Part shown: in pieces, positions 17,183-29,040 of the stretch
How the letters are laid out: each line of letters opens with the position of its first letter
How positions within the stretch are numbered: position 1 is the stretch's first letter
DNA from: Chloropicon primus
Lineage: Eukaryota
DNA length: 64,000 bases
Direction: 5' to 3'
NCBI GenBank assembly: GCA_023205875.1
Contig: CP060755.1
Location: 1-64,000 of the forward strand
The notes under the pieces: generated by a model
What the model was told of the DNA's origin: nothing
The model's input: the letters and a program-made list of their open reading frames with translations, nothing else
Databases searched by the model: none
Position numbers and translations under genes: made by a program

Positions 17183-20100
17183 CTACCATCGCTCAGTCTT
17201 TTTCTTGATTCTTGGTGGCTGAAGAACATACTTTCGGGGCGCTACGGGAGCGTCTTCCCTCTCACTTGCTTCCAGAACCAATCTCTTTATTTCCGACCTC
17301 TCTTGCGCTTCCGCGGCCTGTCTACTCTCGTTCGCCTGGGCCATCTTCGCCGCCTTCGGGACAAGAATGTCTCGAACTGCGGCCTTCGTTCCCTTTTTGA
17401 TCATGACGTGGAATTGCACAGAGTTCCCGCTACCCCCGCTGCTTGTTGCGCCACCGCTGCCTTGGCTGAACTTGCTGATGATGGACCGATTTGCGGCAGG
17501 GAGGTTCATGTTTGAGGCTTTGGAGGCAAACTTGGCCGTGCCAAGGGACTCCTTCATCATTTGCTCGAACTCTCGTTCCAAGCTATCTTCCTCCTCCTTT
17601 GAGGGTTTGAGATGGTCCAAATTTTGTTTGATGGATATGATCTCGTCCTCTTCACTGTCCTCCTCAGAATCAGAGTATTCCGTGTCGCTTCCAGACACGG
17701 AACTTGAGTCGGACGTCACATCCTCTTCTTCCTCGATGTCTTTGGGTTCCACATTCATTTCGCCCCCAGAGACGCTGTCTTCGGACTCCAGGTCCATGTC
17801 TGTATCAGAGTCTTCCTCGCTTTCGTCCTCGGAATACTGTTCATCTTGCTTCGGGTCATCGTCTTGCACACTTTCCCGAGCCTCCGCTTTGCTGAAGTTC
17901 TTGTCCCTCCACTTCTTCAAGAAGAGGAGGAGGTCTTCGGGTTGCTCGCGCCTAATCGCAGCGAGCACCGCACCGATCTCCTGAAAGCTTTTGAATATCA
18001 CCATCTTGGGCTTGAGGCTCTGAAACATCTCTTGGATGTCGTAGCTGAGCTCATATGGCGTGTGATGAAGAGAGAGTAGATATTGCTGGTAGTAAACCAG
18101 GAACACGTCCAACTTCTTCACTGTGCTTCTGCGATTCAGACTTCTTCCGCAGGTGTTCAACAGCACGAGTACCAGCCTGGCGCGGAAGAGGTTGCTGATC
18201 TGGTCGGGCTTCTTCTTCTGCATCGATTGGCTGAAAAGAATCATGTACAGGGTGTTGAACACAGTTTCCGAATCCACCAGGCGGGCGTTGTTGTACAATT
18301 CACCCAAGAGGATCATGAAGGAAACGCGGTGCTGGTGTTGCGTGTAGTCATCCTGCTCCACTCCGATCTGGACCTCCTCCAGGACAGCATCGACAAAGTC
18401 AATGGCGATGTCATCGTGGTAGTTCGACAAGCCAGAAATTAGAGAAGCGAGAACAGGTATGCAGGAGATTTTAATGCTCCGGACATTCAACAACGTCTTG
18501 AGCAGGAATTCTCTTGCCACGGGCTCTTGCAGCGGAATCTTTCTGATTTGCCTGATGACTTGTTGCACCGTAGAAGGAGTCAGCCGCACAAATACCAGGT
18601 GCTCGATGTACTGATGAAGCGGGGGCAGCTCCTCCTTGTCTATGCCCTTCTCTGGAGGTTTGCTCGCATAGTACGCATTCTCCAGCAGAGTGTTTGCCCT
18701 AGGATCCAAATTTTTGGCATTCTTCTTCTTCATCATCACCTCCAAGATGTTCGACATCCTCACCGCAGTCTCGGGAGTCCTGAACAAAAAGCGACCTGCC
18801 GTCTCCAAAAGAGCTGAGAGGACGTCAATGCTCTTCTGTGTGAAGTCGTCCAGCAGAACCTTCAAAATCATGAAAGTGCTTGTGTAGGGCAAGAGCTTGA
18901 ACTTGGTCAGCTCTCCCAAAAATCGTATGTTCCTGATTCGCGACTCGTCCAGGTTCAGCGAGTTCTTGCTCATGAGAGACTGGAATTCTTCCTCAAGCAT
19001 CTTGCACAGAGAAGGCCCGACTTCGGGGTGAACTCGATTGAGGTTCACTGCGATTCGAGAGTAATACGGCAAGAGCTCCAAATGCTGCCTGGGGCAACTG
19101 AAAAGTTCCCTCACCACCCTCTTCCTCACACTCTTCAAGTTCATGTAGCAAAATTCCAAGGAAAGCTTGTCCGCAGAATCCCTGTTGAAGATGTTCTTCA
19201 ACTGAGACAACAGGTCCTCGAGTCGCAGCTGCTGGTCCGTCCTCAAAGGTTCTGACTCCCCGTCCTTTGAAGCCTCTTTGCCTTCCGCCCCAACCTCCTC
19301 AGCCTTTCCTTCTTCTGGGTTTCCTGCCTGTTCCGCATTGGAGGATTGCGTGCTGCTCACTAGGATCGTTGGGAGCTGCGCGCAAAGATTGGGCAGGTCC
19401 TCGTAGAAGGCTCTTGTTTCATCGTCATCAAAGGCGTGGCCCTCTTGCTCTGCGCCGATCCCGAAACCCGTTGCGACAAAGACGTTGCTGTCTTCGCTGG
19501 AAATCTGAGTCACTTCTTCCTTTGGCAAGGGAGGGACCACCTCGTCCAAGCTCTCAGAAAGGGATATCACGCTTGTTTGCAGCTTGTCGAAGCTCTTCCT
19601 TGCAGCTTCGTACTCTGCGATTTGGTTCTCTGAGAGCTCCCCCTTGGTGTGCATGGTCTTCTGGTTGCTCGACTCCATCTTACGCAGGTCCTTGCACTGC
19701 TGAAAGAGTTCATCCAGGCCGACCTTGTAAGCCTCGTGAAGGAGGTCGTGAAAGTGCTTCTGCTGGTTTGGCTTGAGAATCTCTTGCTCTTCGGCCTCCT
19801 TCTGCAAGGCCTCCACTTGCTCGGAGAAGGCCTCCTTTGCTGCCAGAATTTTCTCGCGAGCGGCCCCGCTAGCATCTGCCAGCCCATAGTCTTTCTCCTC
19901 TGGCTCTAGCCCGAACACGGGCAGGACGGGGGACGTCCCCAGGAAGTCCTCCTTGGCGTGCTTTGCAAAGGTGGCTAGCAGAGCCAAGGAGTTCTGGAAC
20001 TGATCTCCCGCTAGCCCATCCTTGACGAGAGTGGAGACTATGCCGTGCAGGAGCTCGAGGTCCGAGTGCACCCCCGTGAGAAAGAGCTCCACGATCAGCC

Positions 20101-21244
20101 TCAGAGTGTTTCTCTTCTTGGTCAGAGTCGGAGTCGCCTCGAAGTTTGCGTTGGTGATTTTCTGCAGGTTGGCCAGCAAGTTCTGCGTGAATTCTGCGTA
20201 CTTTATGTGGAGCAGGCAGCACACCTCGGCCACCGCGGAGACGTCCTTCTGCTTGAAGTTCACCTCCCCGATCGCGGCGGCGGCCTCGCTCACATATTTC
20301 CTCTGATTCACCTTCTCCACGTCCTGCAGGGTGCCGGCTTTGGTGTCCTCCGTGATTGTCCGCAGCTTCTTGTTCAGCGTCGTGTTGCGCTTGACGCTGG
20401 AATCGAGCTTGGTCAGCTGGGCTTCGCTCGGTCGCTCAGGATCCACGTTGCGGAGCCTGAGCTCCTTCCGTTTCTGTACCACCGCCCTCATCTTTTCCAC
20501 CTTCTCCACAGCTTCCTGCAGGCTCGCAAGGTATGAGCTGACCTTCTCCTCCGCATCTCTTGCGATCCTTTCCCGCTCCCGCTCCTCCTCCTCCCTCCGC
20601 AGCCTCTCCTCCTCCTCCTTCCTCCTGTTCTCCTCGTCCCTCTGCCTCTGCCTCTCCTTCTCCTTCTTCTGCCTCTTCTCCTCCGCGCTCGGAGCGCCGC
20701 CCTTGTCGCTCTTGCTCAAGCCACCGCGGTGGTCCTGGCCCTGGCCGTCAGCAGGCCTGGCCCCCTGCTGCTGCCTGCCCCGATTGCGGGACCGTCCGCC
20801 GGACTTCTTATTATGGCCCCACGGTCCTCCACCGCCTTTCCCGTCCCTGGCGTGGTCCGGGCCATGGTCCGAGTCCCGTCCCTGCTGCTGCTGCGGGGGT
20901 TTGGACTTGTCCCTGGGGCCGCCCGAGGCCTTGCCACCCGGCCTGCCCTTGCCCCTGCTGTTGCCCCTGTTGCCGGTGGTGTTTGATCCGGTGGCCTCCT
21001 CGCCGCCGCCCCCCCGCTGCGGATTCCTCGAATCCTGCTGCTGGTGTTGCGGCCTCCCCTTCTTCCTGTCCCCTCCCCCTGGCCTTCTCTTGTTCTGCTG
21101 CGACTTTTGTCCTCCTCCTCCTCCCGCGTTGGCGTTGTTCCCTCCGAGTCCCCCTTGTTGCTTGTTGTTGTTGTTGTTGTTGCTTTTGCTCGAGTTGCTC
21201 CCCCCCCTCCCCTTGTCCTGCTGGGACCCGGGCGGGTCTCTCAT
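17183..21244 (-). CDS. UPF2: Nonsense-mediated decay factor UPF2 (MIF4G domains)
   Basis: KLDSSVKRNT, FDDDETRAFYEDLP, LLPYYSR, IRNIRFLGELTKF, LLENAYY, an acidic stretch and the C-terminal Upf2 region. Confidence 0.93.
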   Translation of the reverse strand: MRDPPGSQQDKGRGGSNSSKSNNNNNNKQQGGLGGNNANAGGGGGQKSQQNKRRPGGGDRKKGRPQHQQQDSRNPQRGGGGEEATGSNTTGNRGNSRGKGRPGGKASGGPRDKSKPPQQQQGRDSDHGPDHARDGKGGGGPWGHNKKSGGRSRNRGRQQQGARPADGQGQDHRGGLSKSDKGGAPSAEEKRQKKEKERQRQRDEENRRKEEEERLRREEEERERERIARDAEEKVSSYLASLQEAVEKVEKMRAVVQKRKELRLRNVDPERPSEAQLTKLDSSVKRNTTLNKKLRTITEDTKAGTLQDVEKVNQRKYVSEAAAAIGEVNFKQKDVSAVAEVCCLLHIKYAEFTQNLLANLQKITNANFEATPTLTKKRNTLRLIVELFLTGVHSDLELLHGIVSTLVKDGLAGDQFQNSLALLATFAKHAKEDFLGTSPVLPVFGLEPEEKDYGLADASGAAREKILAAKEAFSEQVEALQKEAEEQEILKPNQQKHFHDLLHEAYKVGLDELFQQCKDLRKMESSNQKTMHTKGELSENQIAEYEAARKSFDKLQTSVISLSESLDEVVPPLPKEEVTQISSEDSNVFVATGFGIGAEQEGHAFDDDETRAFYEDLPNLCAQLPTILVSSTQSSNAEQAGNPEEGKAEEVGAEGKEASKDGESEPLRTDQQLRLEDLLSQLKNIFNRDSADKLSLEFCYMNLKSVRKRVVRELFSCPRQHLELLPYYSRIAVNLNRVHPEVGPSLCKMLEEEFQSLMSKNSLNLDESRIRNIRFLGELTKFKLLPYTSTFMILKVLLDDFTQKSIDVLSALLETAGRFLFRTPETAVRMSNILEVMMKKKNAKNLDPRANTLLENAYYASKPPEKGIDKEELPPLHQYIEHLVFVRLTPSTVQQVIRQIRKIPLQEPVAREFLLKTLLNVRSIKISCIPVLASLISGLSNYHDDIAIDFVDAVLEEVQIGVEQDDYTQHQHRVSFMILLGELYNNARLVDSETVFNTLYMILFSQSMQKKKPDQISNLFRARLVLVLLNTCGRSLNRRSTVKKLDVFLVYYQQYLLSLHHTPYELSYDIQEMFQSLKPKMVIFKSFQEIGAVLAAIRREQPEDLLLFLKKWRDKNFSKAEARESVQDDDPKQDEQYSEDESEEDSDTDMDLESEDSVSGGEMNVEPKDIEEEEDVTSDSSSVSGSDTEYSDSEEDSEEDEIISIKQNLDHLKPSKEEEDSLEREFEQMMKESLGTAKFASKASNMNLPAANRSIISKFSQGSGGATSSGGSGNSVQFHVMIKKGTKAAVRDILVPKAAKMAQANESRQAAEAQERSEIKRLVLEASEREDAPVAPRKYVLQPPRIKKKTERW

Positions 21245-21675
21245 CAGGCACACGCGCACACTTCAAACCTCCTGTATCGGTATTGGTATCGGTATTGGTA
21301 TTGGTATTGCGATCGATATTCTACTGTTGTCCTCCAACCCACAGACCCAGAGAGAGACAGAGAGAGACGGAGTGTATTTGTGTGTGTGTGTGTGTGTGTG
21401 CGTTTTCCGTGTGTCCCCTCACGCGCTCCCCTCCACGCCCCGCCTCGCCTCGTCACGCCACACCACGGCCACGCTTTCCCCTCGTCCTCGCCCCCCCGCG
21501 CTCTCCGTCCTCGCCTCGCACGTGTTGCACGTGTTACACGTGTAGTTTTATCCAAATCGGTTTATCCAAAATCGCGAGCGCGAGGGCAGGAGAGAGAGAG
21601 AGAGAGAGAGAGGGAGGGAGGTACCTTGGTTGTGCTCCGGAGTGGCGACTGAGTGGCAGGACCTTGAGGGAGAGG

Positions 21676-22555
21676 ATGAGGGGAGTGATGAGAATGAGGA
21701 AGGTGGGAGGGACGGGAACCGCGAGGGGGAAGAACGGACTCGTGGGGAGGACGACCAACACCAACACCACGGCTCCGGTCTGGAGACCTAGAGCGAGGGC
21801 GACGAGGGGAGGGGTGGGCCTGCGGGCGGGAAAGTCGGACCTCTCCTCGCTCTTCGACGGGACGCCGTCGTCCGCGAAGGGTGCAGGGAAGAAGAAGGAG
21901 AAGGAGGACCAGGGAGGACTCGACCAGGTCGAGCTCAAGTCAGACGTGAGTGGAGTGGTTTCCTTCCTCCAGGATATTTTTCTCAAAGCCCTGAGCCCTT
22001 CCAACTGACACGCAATTTGCTTGTTTTTCGTTCTCCCTCTCTCCTCTCTCTCTCTCTCTCTCTCTTTGTTAGCTCGGGCTGGACTACGGCCTGCTGAGGG
22101 ACCTCCTGGAGGCGGGGGAGTGGGAGAAGGCGGACGACGAGACGAGGCTGAAACTGATTCAGATGGCGGGCGAGGAGGCCGTGCTCCGCGGTTGGGTGTA
22201 CTTCACGGAGGTCAAGGACATCCCCGCGGCGGACCTTCAGACGGTGGACAAGCTCTGGCTCGCGGCCAGCGGCGGGAGATACGGGTACAGCGTGCAGAAG
22301 AAGGCTTGGATCAAGAGCAGGAAGGTGTGGACCAAGTTCTTCCAGGAGATCGACTGGGTCCAGGGGGAGAACAACGCGTACAGGAAGTGGCCCCTCGAGT
22401 TCATCTGGGAGGCGGACGCCAAGAAGGGCCACCTCCCGCTGACGAACGCGCTCAGGGGGACCCAGCTCCTCCAGGCCGTCCTCGAGCACCCTGCCTTCGA
22501 GGACAAGAAGAAGAAGGTGTCGACGAAAATCGGGACCGACTCCGTGAAGATATAA
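21676..22555 (+). CDS. GUN4: GUN4, Mg-chelatase cofactor (plastid); 2 exons (21676-21945, 22073-22555)
   Basis: Transit peptide. The spliced product reads LKSDLGLDYGLLRDLL..WEKADDETR..WVYFTEV..DKLW..S.GRYGYSVQK..GHLPLTNALRG. Confidence 0.93.
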
Positions 22556-23070
22556 AGAGAGAAGAGAGGAGTGGAGTGGAGAGGAGAGGATATTCGACCA
22601 TTGTTGAGTGTCAAGGGAGGAGGAGTGTGGTTTCTCTCTTCCTGGTTTGCTTCATTGTAACTTGTATTGATATCTATGGGCTTCACTCGGGCGTCTTGTT
22701 TGTTTGTTTGTTTGTTTTGTCGAAGGTTTAGGCATGCATCCAAAGAAAAGAAAAGATCGAGCGAGTGAGAGACGGAGGTGTTTTTGAAGTCCAGTTTCCG
22801 ATGCTCTTGTCCTGTCCTGTGTTCCTTTTTCCCTGTCCCCTCCTCCCTCCCTCCTCCCCCTCTTCCTCTTATCTTGTTTGTGCGGGTGTTTGTTGATTGG
22901 CTGTTTCTGGATCTGTGTTTCCCAATGGAAAACGCGACTAACGGGGGAGAGATCACAAAGAGGGAGATCCAGGACCCAGGACTGGCTCAGAACATCATCA
23001 CCACCACGACGACGACGACGACGACGACGAAGCACCTTCGAACACACACACATACACACAGAGGAACGAC

Positions 23071-23928
23071 ATGAACGCTGCCGTCGTGAGAATGAACTGC
23101 CGCGCCACTGGGGCCGGAGCGAGGACGACTGCCGCCGCGCTACCAGCAAGGAGGACCGTCGCACAGAGGGGTAAGCCACAACGCAACACAACACAACGCA
23201 ACGCAACGCAACGCAACGAAGAAGAGAGGGAAGGAGACCGCGAAGAGAGAACGGGATCAAGATCGAGACCACGACGCGATCCCGGATCCTGCCCTCTCGA
23301 ACGCACGAGGAGGAGGAAGGCGACGAGGCGTGCCGGGAAAACAAAACACGCGCGGCACATCGCGTGAGAAACGAAACGAAACGAAACGACGAAGATCGGC
23401 GCGACCCGACCGACTTGCCTGGAGGCAGCGGACTGACCCCGGAGATCTCCTCGCTATAAACCCCTCTCCTTTCGCCTCGCAGGAGTCCGCGCGACTAGGA
23501 AGGCCACCGTCATGAGGTACGTCGTGGGAGCAGCTGGAGGAGGAGGAGCGTGCGCGCGCGCACTGCACTGCACTGCACTGCAACGTCGAGAAGAGCGTGC
23601 GCGCACGCGCGCGATGCGAAGCCCTGCAGGACCTTGCCGCTGCTTTCGATTCTCTTTGGAACGAGGACTGACCGACCTTTTTTCGTTCGTTCGCGTCCTT
23701 TCGCACTGCAGCTCCAAGATTAGCCAGACCGAGAAGCTTCAGGCCGCCTTCTTGGTTAGTTCTGCCGCCGCCTTGGGAAGCCCTCTCATCCCAGCCGCCG
23801 AGGCTGCCACCGTCTCCCCATCCTTGAGGAACTTGCTGAGGAGCGTCGTCGCGGGTGGATTTATTCTTGCTGCCATCGCCGGTGCCCTCTCCACCATCTC
23901 CAGGTTCGACAGGACGGAAAGAAGATAG
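23071..23928 (+). CDS. PSBX: Photosystem II subunit X precursor; 3 exons (23071-23170, 23483-23516, 23712-23928)
   Basis: GT-AG introns with ACTGAC branch points keep the frame (351 nt). Bipartite transit peptide ending AEA, mature SPSLRNLLRSVVAGG..ISRFD. Confidence 0.88.
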
Positions 23929-24824
23929 GTTACCCAAGGACAGCAACCGAGGAGGACGAGATGGGCAAAGCAACAACTTTTTTCTCCGACCCTCGCAAAA
24001 TAATGGGAGCATTGTGTCATGCCATATGACTAGAATTTCTTTTCGAGACGGGAGCCAACACGACCGGAGCCAACACGACTACCCCCCCCCTCTCTCATCC
24101 CCGAGTAGTTGCGCAGGTCCCAAGAAGTCTTGCGCGTCGTTCCTCCCCCCGTCCACCTCCCCGCTCCTGTTTCTCTCGAGACTCCCCCTCCTCCTCCCCT
24201 CATCACCACGTCACCGTCATGTGTCCATCGTCATGTGCCGCTCCTGCTGATGATCCTTGGCCGTTCCCTCCCGTCGTGCCTCTCATTCTGTGATTGAGGT
24301 GTCTCCCAGCACAACAACGGACAAATCCTTCCCTCTTCCTCTTCCTCCTCCTCCTTCTCCTCCTCCTCCTTCTCCTCCTCCTTCTCCTTCTCCTTCTGTT
24401 CTCCTTCTGTCCTCTCGTCCTCCCGTCTCTTGGATTCTCTTACTTCATTACCATTACGTCTTGAAGGACAAAAGGCTCTTTCGTGCTGGGCTCAGGGAGG
24501 GAAGGAGCAGACAACGAAGCAGGGGGCGGGACCCGCACACAACACACAACACAACACACAACACAACACACAACACAACGCGCACACCAGGACGAAACAA
24601 GACAACCACAAGATTGGATCTTTGTCGAGAAAACGACAAGAGAGAGGGAGAGAGAGGAAACAAGGCGACTTGACAAGGGAGCTCGACAGATTGGTTGGCG
24701 TTATTTCATTTCCTGTTGGGGGAAGGAGCCCGCTGTGCAATGGGCAAGACGAACGGGCGAAAAGGTTGGCTGTAGCAGCTTCGTTTTGAGTTGGTTGTCG
24801 GTTGCTGGTTGAGGTACCTGCGCC

Positions 24825-27668
24825 ATGGCGTCGGGGGAGGCGGGCGGCGGCCTGGTCCTCAAGGTGCTGCGCCGCGTGAGGGGTTTGTTGACAGACTTGG
24901 GACCCAAGATAGACAACGAATACCGATATGTGATACTCTCGTTCTGCGTTCTCCTTGCGGCGATGACTTTGACGTGGACAGGAGACACCGTGTTCGAGAA
25001 TATCCCCTTGGCCATGTTTGCGGTCGGCAGCGCGGCTTGGCTCTACAACAAGCAAGCGCGCTTGTACGAGCTGCTCCGTGCGCAGGAGCAGGGGGAGAAG
25101 TCCAAGGAGAACGCCCTGTCGCGAGTGTCTTCGGCAGTCGACTCGAGCAAGGAGTCCGAGAATGGCTGGCGCTCGCTGGTGAGGGCCCCAAAGGTGGAAG
25201 AGTCTTGGGAAGTCTTCGCCTCGTGCATCGTCCAAGAGTTCATATACGATCTGTGGTACGTCTTCATCACGAATGATGTGGAGTTCCCTGCTGTCGTGAG
25301 GGTGATCCTGAACGGCGCTTTTGGTGAGCTTGCGCTGAGGGGCAGAGCCCTGGACATGCCCAGCATCATCAGCGAGACTTGCGAGGCCATCAGCGAGCAG
25401 CTCGAGCTGTTCAGGACGACGAGGGAAGAGGTCGGCCCGAGCTTCAAGCACTTGTCTTACGCCAAGCGGGACTACAAGCTCAAGCAGCAGCTGCAGAAGA
25501 ACCATATGCTCCACCCGGCTGTCGAGAGCGAGAAGCAGAAGAAGCAGGTCCTCAAAGTCGTCTTTGACACCGTGTCCAAGATCTTGCTTTGCAAGCAGGA
25601 CGCCTCGAGGCCCGTGCTGAGAATCATCGTGAGGGAGCTCCTGGCCAACTCGGTGATCGAGCCCCTTCTCGTGTACTTCACCCCGATGCAAGGGAACTGC
25701 CTGCTGCTCGCTGGACTCACGATGGGAAGCGGAGAGGAGAAGGACAAAGAGGAGGACAAAGAGGAGGACAAGCCCGACAAGGTTGGGGATATCAAGTGGA
25801 GGGCCAAGCAGAGCGAGAACTTTGAGAACAAGACCAAGTCAAACCCAAGTATCGTGTACACGTCCACCTCGGGCAAGAAAGACAAGAAGAAGAAGGGTGC
25901 CAAGACTAAAGACGACGGGGACTCCCGCGCACCGGCGTTCGGGACGATTGAGGAGTCCAACGACGAGGCCGCCGGCACGGAAAAGAAGGAGGCTGTCAAC
26001 AGGGCTGTCCCTAGCTTCTCCTGCAGGCCGGTGGTCAAGGTCCTCTCCGCGGAGGAGAAGTTCGACAAGAACATCAGTGGAAAGAAGCGCTTCATCGTGT
26101 ACACGATCCGAGTGAAGGAGGGTTACAGGCAGTGGTACATCTACAGGAGGTACCGCAACTTCACGACCTTGCACAAGCGAATGAGGATCATCCCTGGCTA
26201 CGCCTTCAAGCTCCCGCCGAAGAGGATTTTTGGGTTCACTCACATGTCCGAGCAGTACGTGCAGAACCGGTGCGACGGGCTCAATCTTTACATCCACCAA
26301 CTCCTTCACAGCAGCATCTGGCAGTGCCAGGAAGTTGCTGATTTCTTGTCCGAGGGCTCTGACGTGTACGGCATCGAGAGCCGGGAGGAGGAGAACGTGA
26401 TCCGTAGGCTTGGGACGGACATCTCGGAGGTCTCCAAATCGGTCGGGAAGAAGTTTGAGGCGACGTACCAGGGCTTCGGGAACATCTTGGCCAACGAGTA
26501 CCAGAAAGTTGGAAAGCTGGGAGCCACCAGCGGAAAGGTCGTGAAGAGCGTGCTTTTCGAGTGGAGGAAGAAGCCCAAGAAGGAGGACAGCAGGCCCTCG
26601 GCCCAGGAGCTCAGCGAGCACGTCAAGCTGTTCCAAGAGTTGAAGACGATGAAGAAGCAGTACAGCATGCAGCCAAGCTCTGGGGAGACCAAGACAATAG
26701 GAGAGAAGAGCGAGGACGAGCTGATCAAGGAGTACCTCAGCGAGGTGACCCAAGAGCTCTACCTCAGGACGGCGGTGGACAACATGACGGGTCCCATTCT
26801 GGGTGTGATTGACACGCTGTTCCAGCTGGACACCACAGCTTTCTTGAGGAGGCAGGTCGTGGGGGTGACCAAGCAGCTCTTTGAGGTCTTCGTGGGGTCC
26901 AGGGTGGAGAAGTTCCTGATGAGCAAGGTCAAGGACCTTTGCACAGAGGAGACTGTGTCCAGCATCATCGACTCCATTGTGGACTCCCTGTGGCCCAACG
27001 GCCTGTGGATGGCCCCGCCGGAGACGGATGAGGCCGGGGTGCCCATCGTGCCGGAGAAGCCCCTTCAGGCCTGGGAGAGGAAACCTTCCTTTTCCCCAAG
27101 CTTCAGGCCCTCGATCAGCATTCATGAGCAGCTCCAGGAGAGGAGGGAAAGGAGCTTTAGCAGGCTGCTGCCCACTCTGAGCGAGACGAACTCCCCGAGA
27201 CTCAAGCCTGGTGGAAGCGCCCCACCCCTGAAGAAGACGTTCTCCATGACTGACTCCCGGCTAAACGATTACACGCGCATCCAGAGGGCCTTGTCCGCCA
27301 TTGTGCCGCCGGAGCAGCTCGAGATCATGAACGACGAGGAGGTCGAGACGAGAGAGAAGGTCAAGGAGGCCATAAAGGACTTGGTGCCTCCCAAGGCGGT
27401 CTCCACCCTGATCGGGAAGAGGAACTTCCTGCAGGGCATCAACGACTTGTTTGACTTCATCCAGTCGGAGACCATGATGGCTCAGCTCGGCCACCTCATT
27501 CTGGAGATCATCCTCGTCAAGGAGTTCCCAGAGCTCGAGGCCGTGTACGCAAGAATCAGGAACGGCGACCTTCGCTTGGTGGACCAGGAGCCCGAGGGGG
27601 CTGAGGCTGAGGCAGGGACGACGACGACGACGAAAGCAGAGAGTAGACAGACGCGAGGGTTGGGGTAG
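24825..27668 (+). CDS. PXA-PX-Nexin_C sorting nexin (SNX13/14/Mdm1-like)
   Basis: N-terminal TMs, PXA (IVQEFIYDLWY..IT.D.EF), PX (W.IYRRYRNF..LHKR..LPPK), and Nexin_C (LRRQV..SLWPNG; LLEIIL..FPEL-like). Confidence 0.88.
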   Translation: MASGEAGGGLVLKVLRRVRGLLTDLGPKIDNEYRYVILSFCVLLAAMTLTWTGDTVFENIPLAMFAVGSAAWLYNKQARLYELLRAQEQGEKSKENALSRVSSAVDSSKESENGWRSLVRAPKVEESWEVFASCIVQEFIYDLWYVFITNDVEFPAVVRVILNGAFGELALRGRALDMPSIISETCEAISEQLELFRTTREEVGPSFKHLSYAKRDYKLKQQLQKNHMLHPAVESEKQKKQVLKVVFDTVSKILLCKQDASRPVLRIIVRELLANSVIEPLLVYFTPMQGNCLLLAGLTMGSGEEKDKEEDKEEDKPDKVGDIKWRAKQSENFENKTKSNPSIVYTSTSGKKDKKKKGAKTKDDGDSRAPAFGTIEESNDEAAGTEKKEAVNRAVPSFSCRPVVKVLSAEEKFDKNISGKKRFIVYTIRVKEGYRQWYIYRRYRNFTTLHKRMRIIPGYAFKLPPKRIFGFTHMSEQYVQNRCDGLNLYIHQLLHSSIWQCQEVADFLSEGSDVYGIESREEENVIRRLGTDISEVSKSVGKKFEATYQGFGNILANEYQKVGKLGATSGKVVKSVLFEWRKKPKKEDSRPSAQELSEHVKLFQELKTMKKQYSMQPSSGETKTIGEKSEDELIKEYLSEVTQELYLRTAVDNMTGPILGVIDTLFQLDTTAFLRRQVVGVTKQLFEVFVGSRVEKFLMSKVKDLCTEETVSSIIDSIVDSLWPNGLWMAPPETDEAGVPIVPEKPLQAWERKPSFSPSFRPSISIHEQLQERRERSFSRLLPTLSETNSPRLKPGGSAPPLKKTFSMTDSRLNDYTRIQRALSAIVPPEQLEIMNDEEVETREKVKEAIKDLVPPKAVSTLIGKRNFLQGINDLFDFIQSETMMAQLGHLILEIILVKEFPELEAVYARIRNGDLRLVDQEPEGAEAEAGTTTTTKAESRQTRGLG

Positions 27669-27784
27669 ACCAGGAAGAAGAGACGGATCTGCGGAGCGAA
27701 AGCGTTTTCTTCTCTGTGTATAATAGTACTAGGAACCCTAAAAAACAGTAATATTATTAGGTATTTTTCAGACGCCTCATATCC

Positions 27785-28603
27785 TCAGTAGAAGAAACCC
27801 AAGATCTTTCCTCCGACCTTCTTTCTCCTAGCTTCCTCGTGGTCCATGATTCCCGAGGAGGTGGTGACGACGATCTTACCGAAGAGACGAGAGGGCAAGA
27901 GTCTTCCAACCCAGCTCTCGACCTCGTGGTGGGAAAAGTCGTACCTAGGGGAGATGACACCGCACTTGTTCAGCCTTCCGTTCAAGGAGACGACGATCTT
28001 TCCAGCCCTATGGTCGTCGACGAGGACGAACTCGTTGATGTATCCGTTCTTGAGCATAACCTGCAAGAACTTGACAACGACCTTGGAGGAAGGGCGGATC
28101 AAGACCTGGTTGGTTTTGGGATTCGAATCGGAAAAGAAAAAGAACAAAAGAAAAGTGTGTTGTCAGACGTTTTTTCTCAAGACTACTTCTGCTTCTGCTT
28201 CTGCTTCTACTTGTGTGGAGCACGACGACAACCCTTTCGCATCCATCTCTCGGCGCACGACCACGGCCGACGATACGGGGTCGAGACACCGCCACCGAGC
28301 GAACGAGTCCGCGAGTTCTCTGTTGTTGCGTCTCGACGGGTCATCTGGACGACGACGCAAAGCGCCCGAGCCCCGTGGCCTCCTCGCTCGTTTCGTGGTC
28401 GTGGTCCCCCCCCTGCGTGCCGTGTTTCCCTCCTTTCCCTCCCGTCGTAAGGTCTCTTGTCTGCTTTCGTGTCTGTGTTGGGTGGTTGGGTGGTTGTCTT
28501 CTCTTTCTCGTTCTCGTTGTCTTTGTCTTACCTGTCTCTTTCCCTTTCTCTCGGCGTTGACCATGTTCCTGAGGCAGTCATTGAGCACACTGATTCTGAC
28601 CAT
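27785..28603 (-). CDS. RPS15A: 40S ribosomal protein S15a (uS8); 2 exons (28603-28532, 28105-27785)
   Basis: [37 protein letters not shown] gives 130 aa after removing a 426-bp GT-AG intron. Confidence 0.98.
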
Positions 28604-29040
28604 GTTTATTGTTTGTGTTCTTGTTCCGTCTCGTTCCTCGTCTCCTCGTTGCGCCGCGACTGACGTCCCCGTTCTCTCCTTCTCTCTTCTCGTTCTCTCT
28701 CTTCTCTTCGTTCTTCCCCGTCGTTTCTTTTGGGCGGCGGCGGCGTTGCGTCTCAAACCGAAAACAAAAGAGAAACACAAAATACACGCAGTTTCTACAC
28801 CCAACCATAGTACACCTAGTATACGATATAGTACACTCAAACATACACACCCAGGAGCCAGGCCAAGATCACCAGCGAAAGGACAAGCAACAGGAAAAAA
28901 AAAAACTTTTGTTACAAAAGGAATCGCCACCAGCCTAGCACTCGGACGCGGTGGTTATATTAAGCCGCCCTACCCCCACAAAACAACCCACTAACCCATC
29001 AACCCACCAAGCAAAACGCAAAGTGTCCGACGACGACTGA

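Noticed and set aside
24051..24079. GGAGCCAACACGAC direct repeat (x2), and similar short repeats at 32250-32313
   Set aside because: Simple slippage duplications with no spacers (not CRISPR) and no terminal inverted repeats or target-site context.
28106..28531. Possible intronic snoRNA in the long RPS15A intron
   Set aside because: No convincing C/D pair with a terminal stem and no H/ACA layout. The CTGA present is the branch point.
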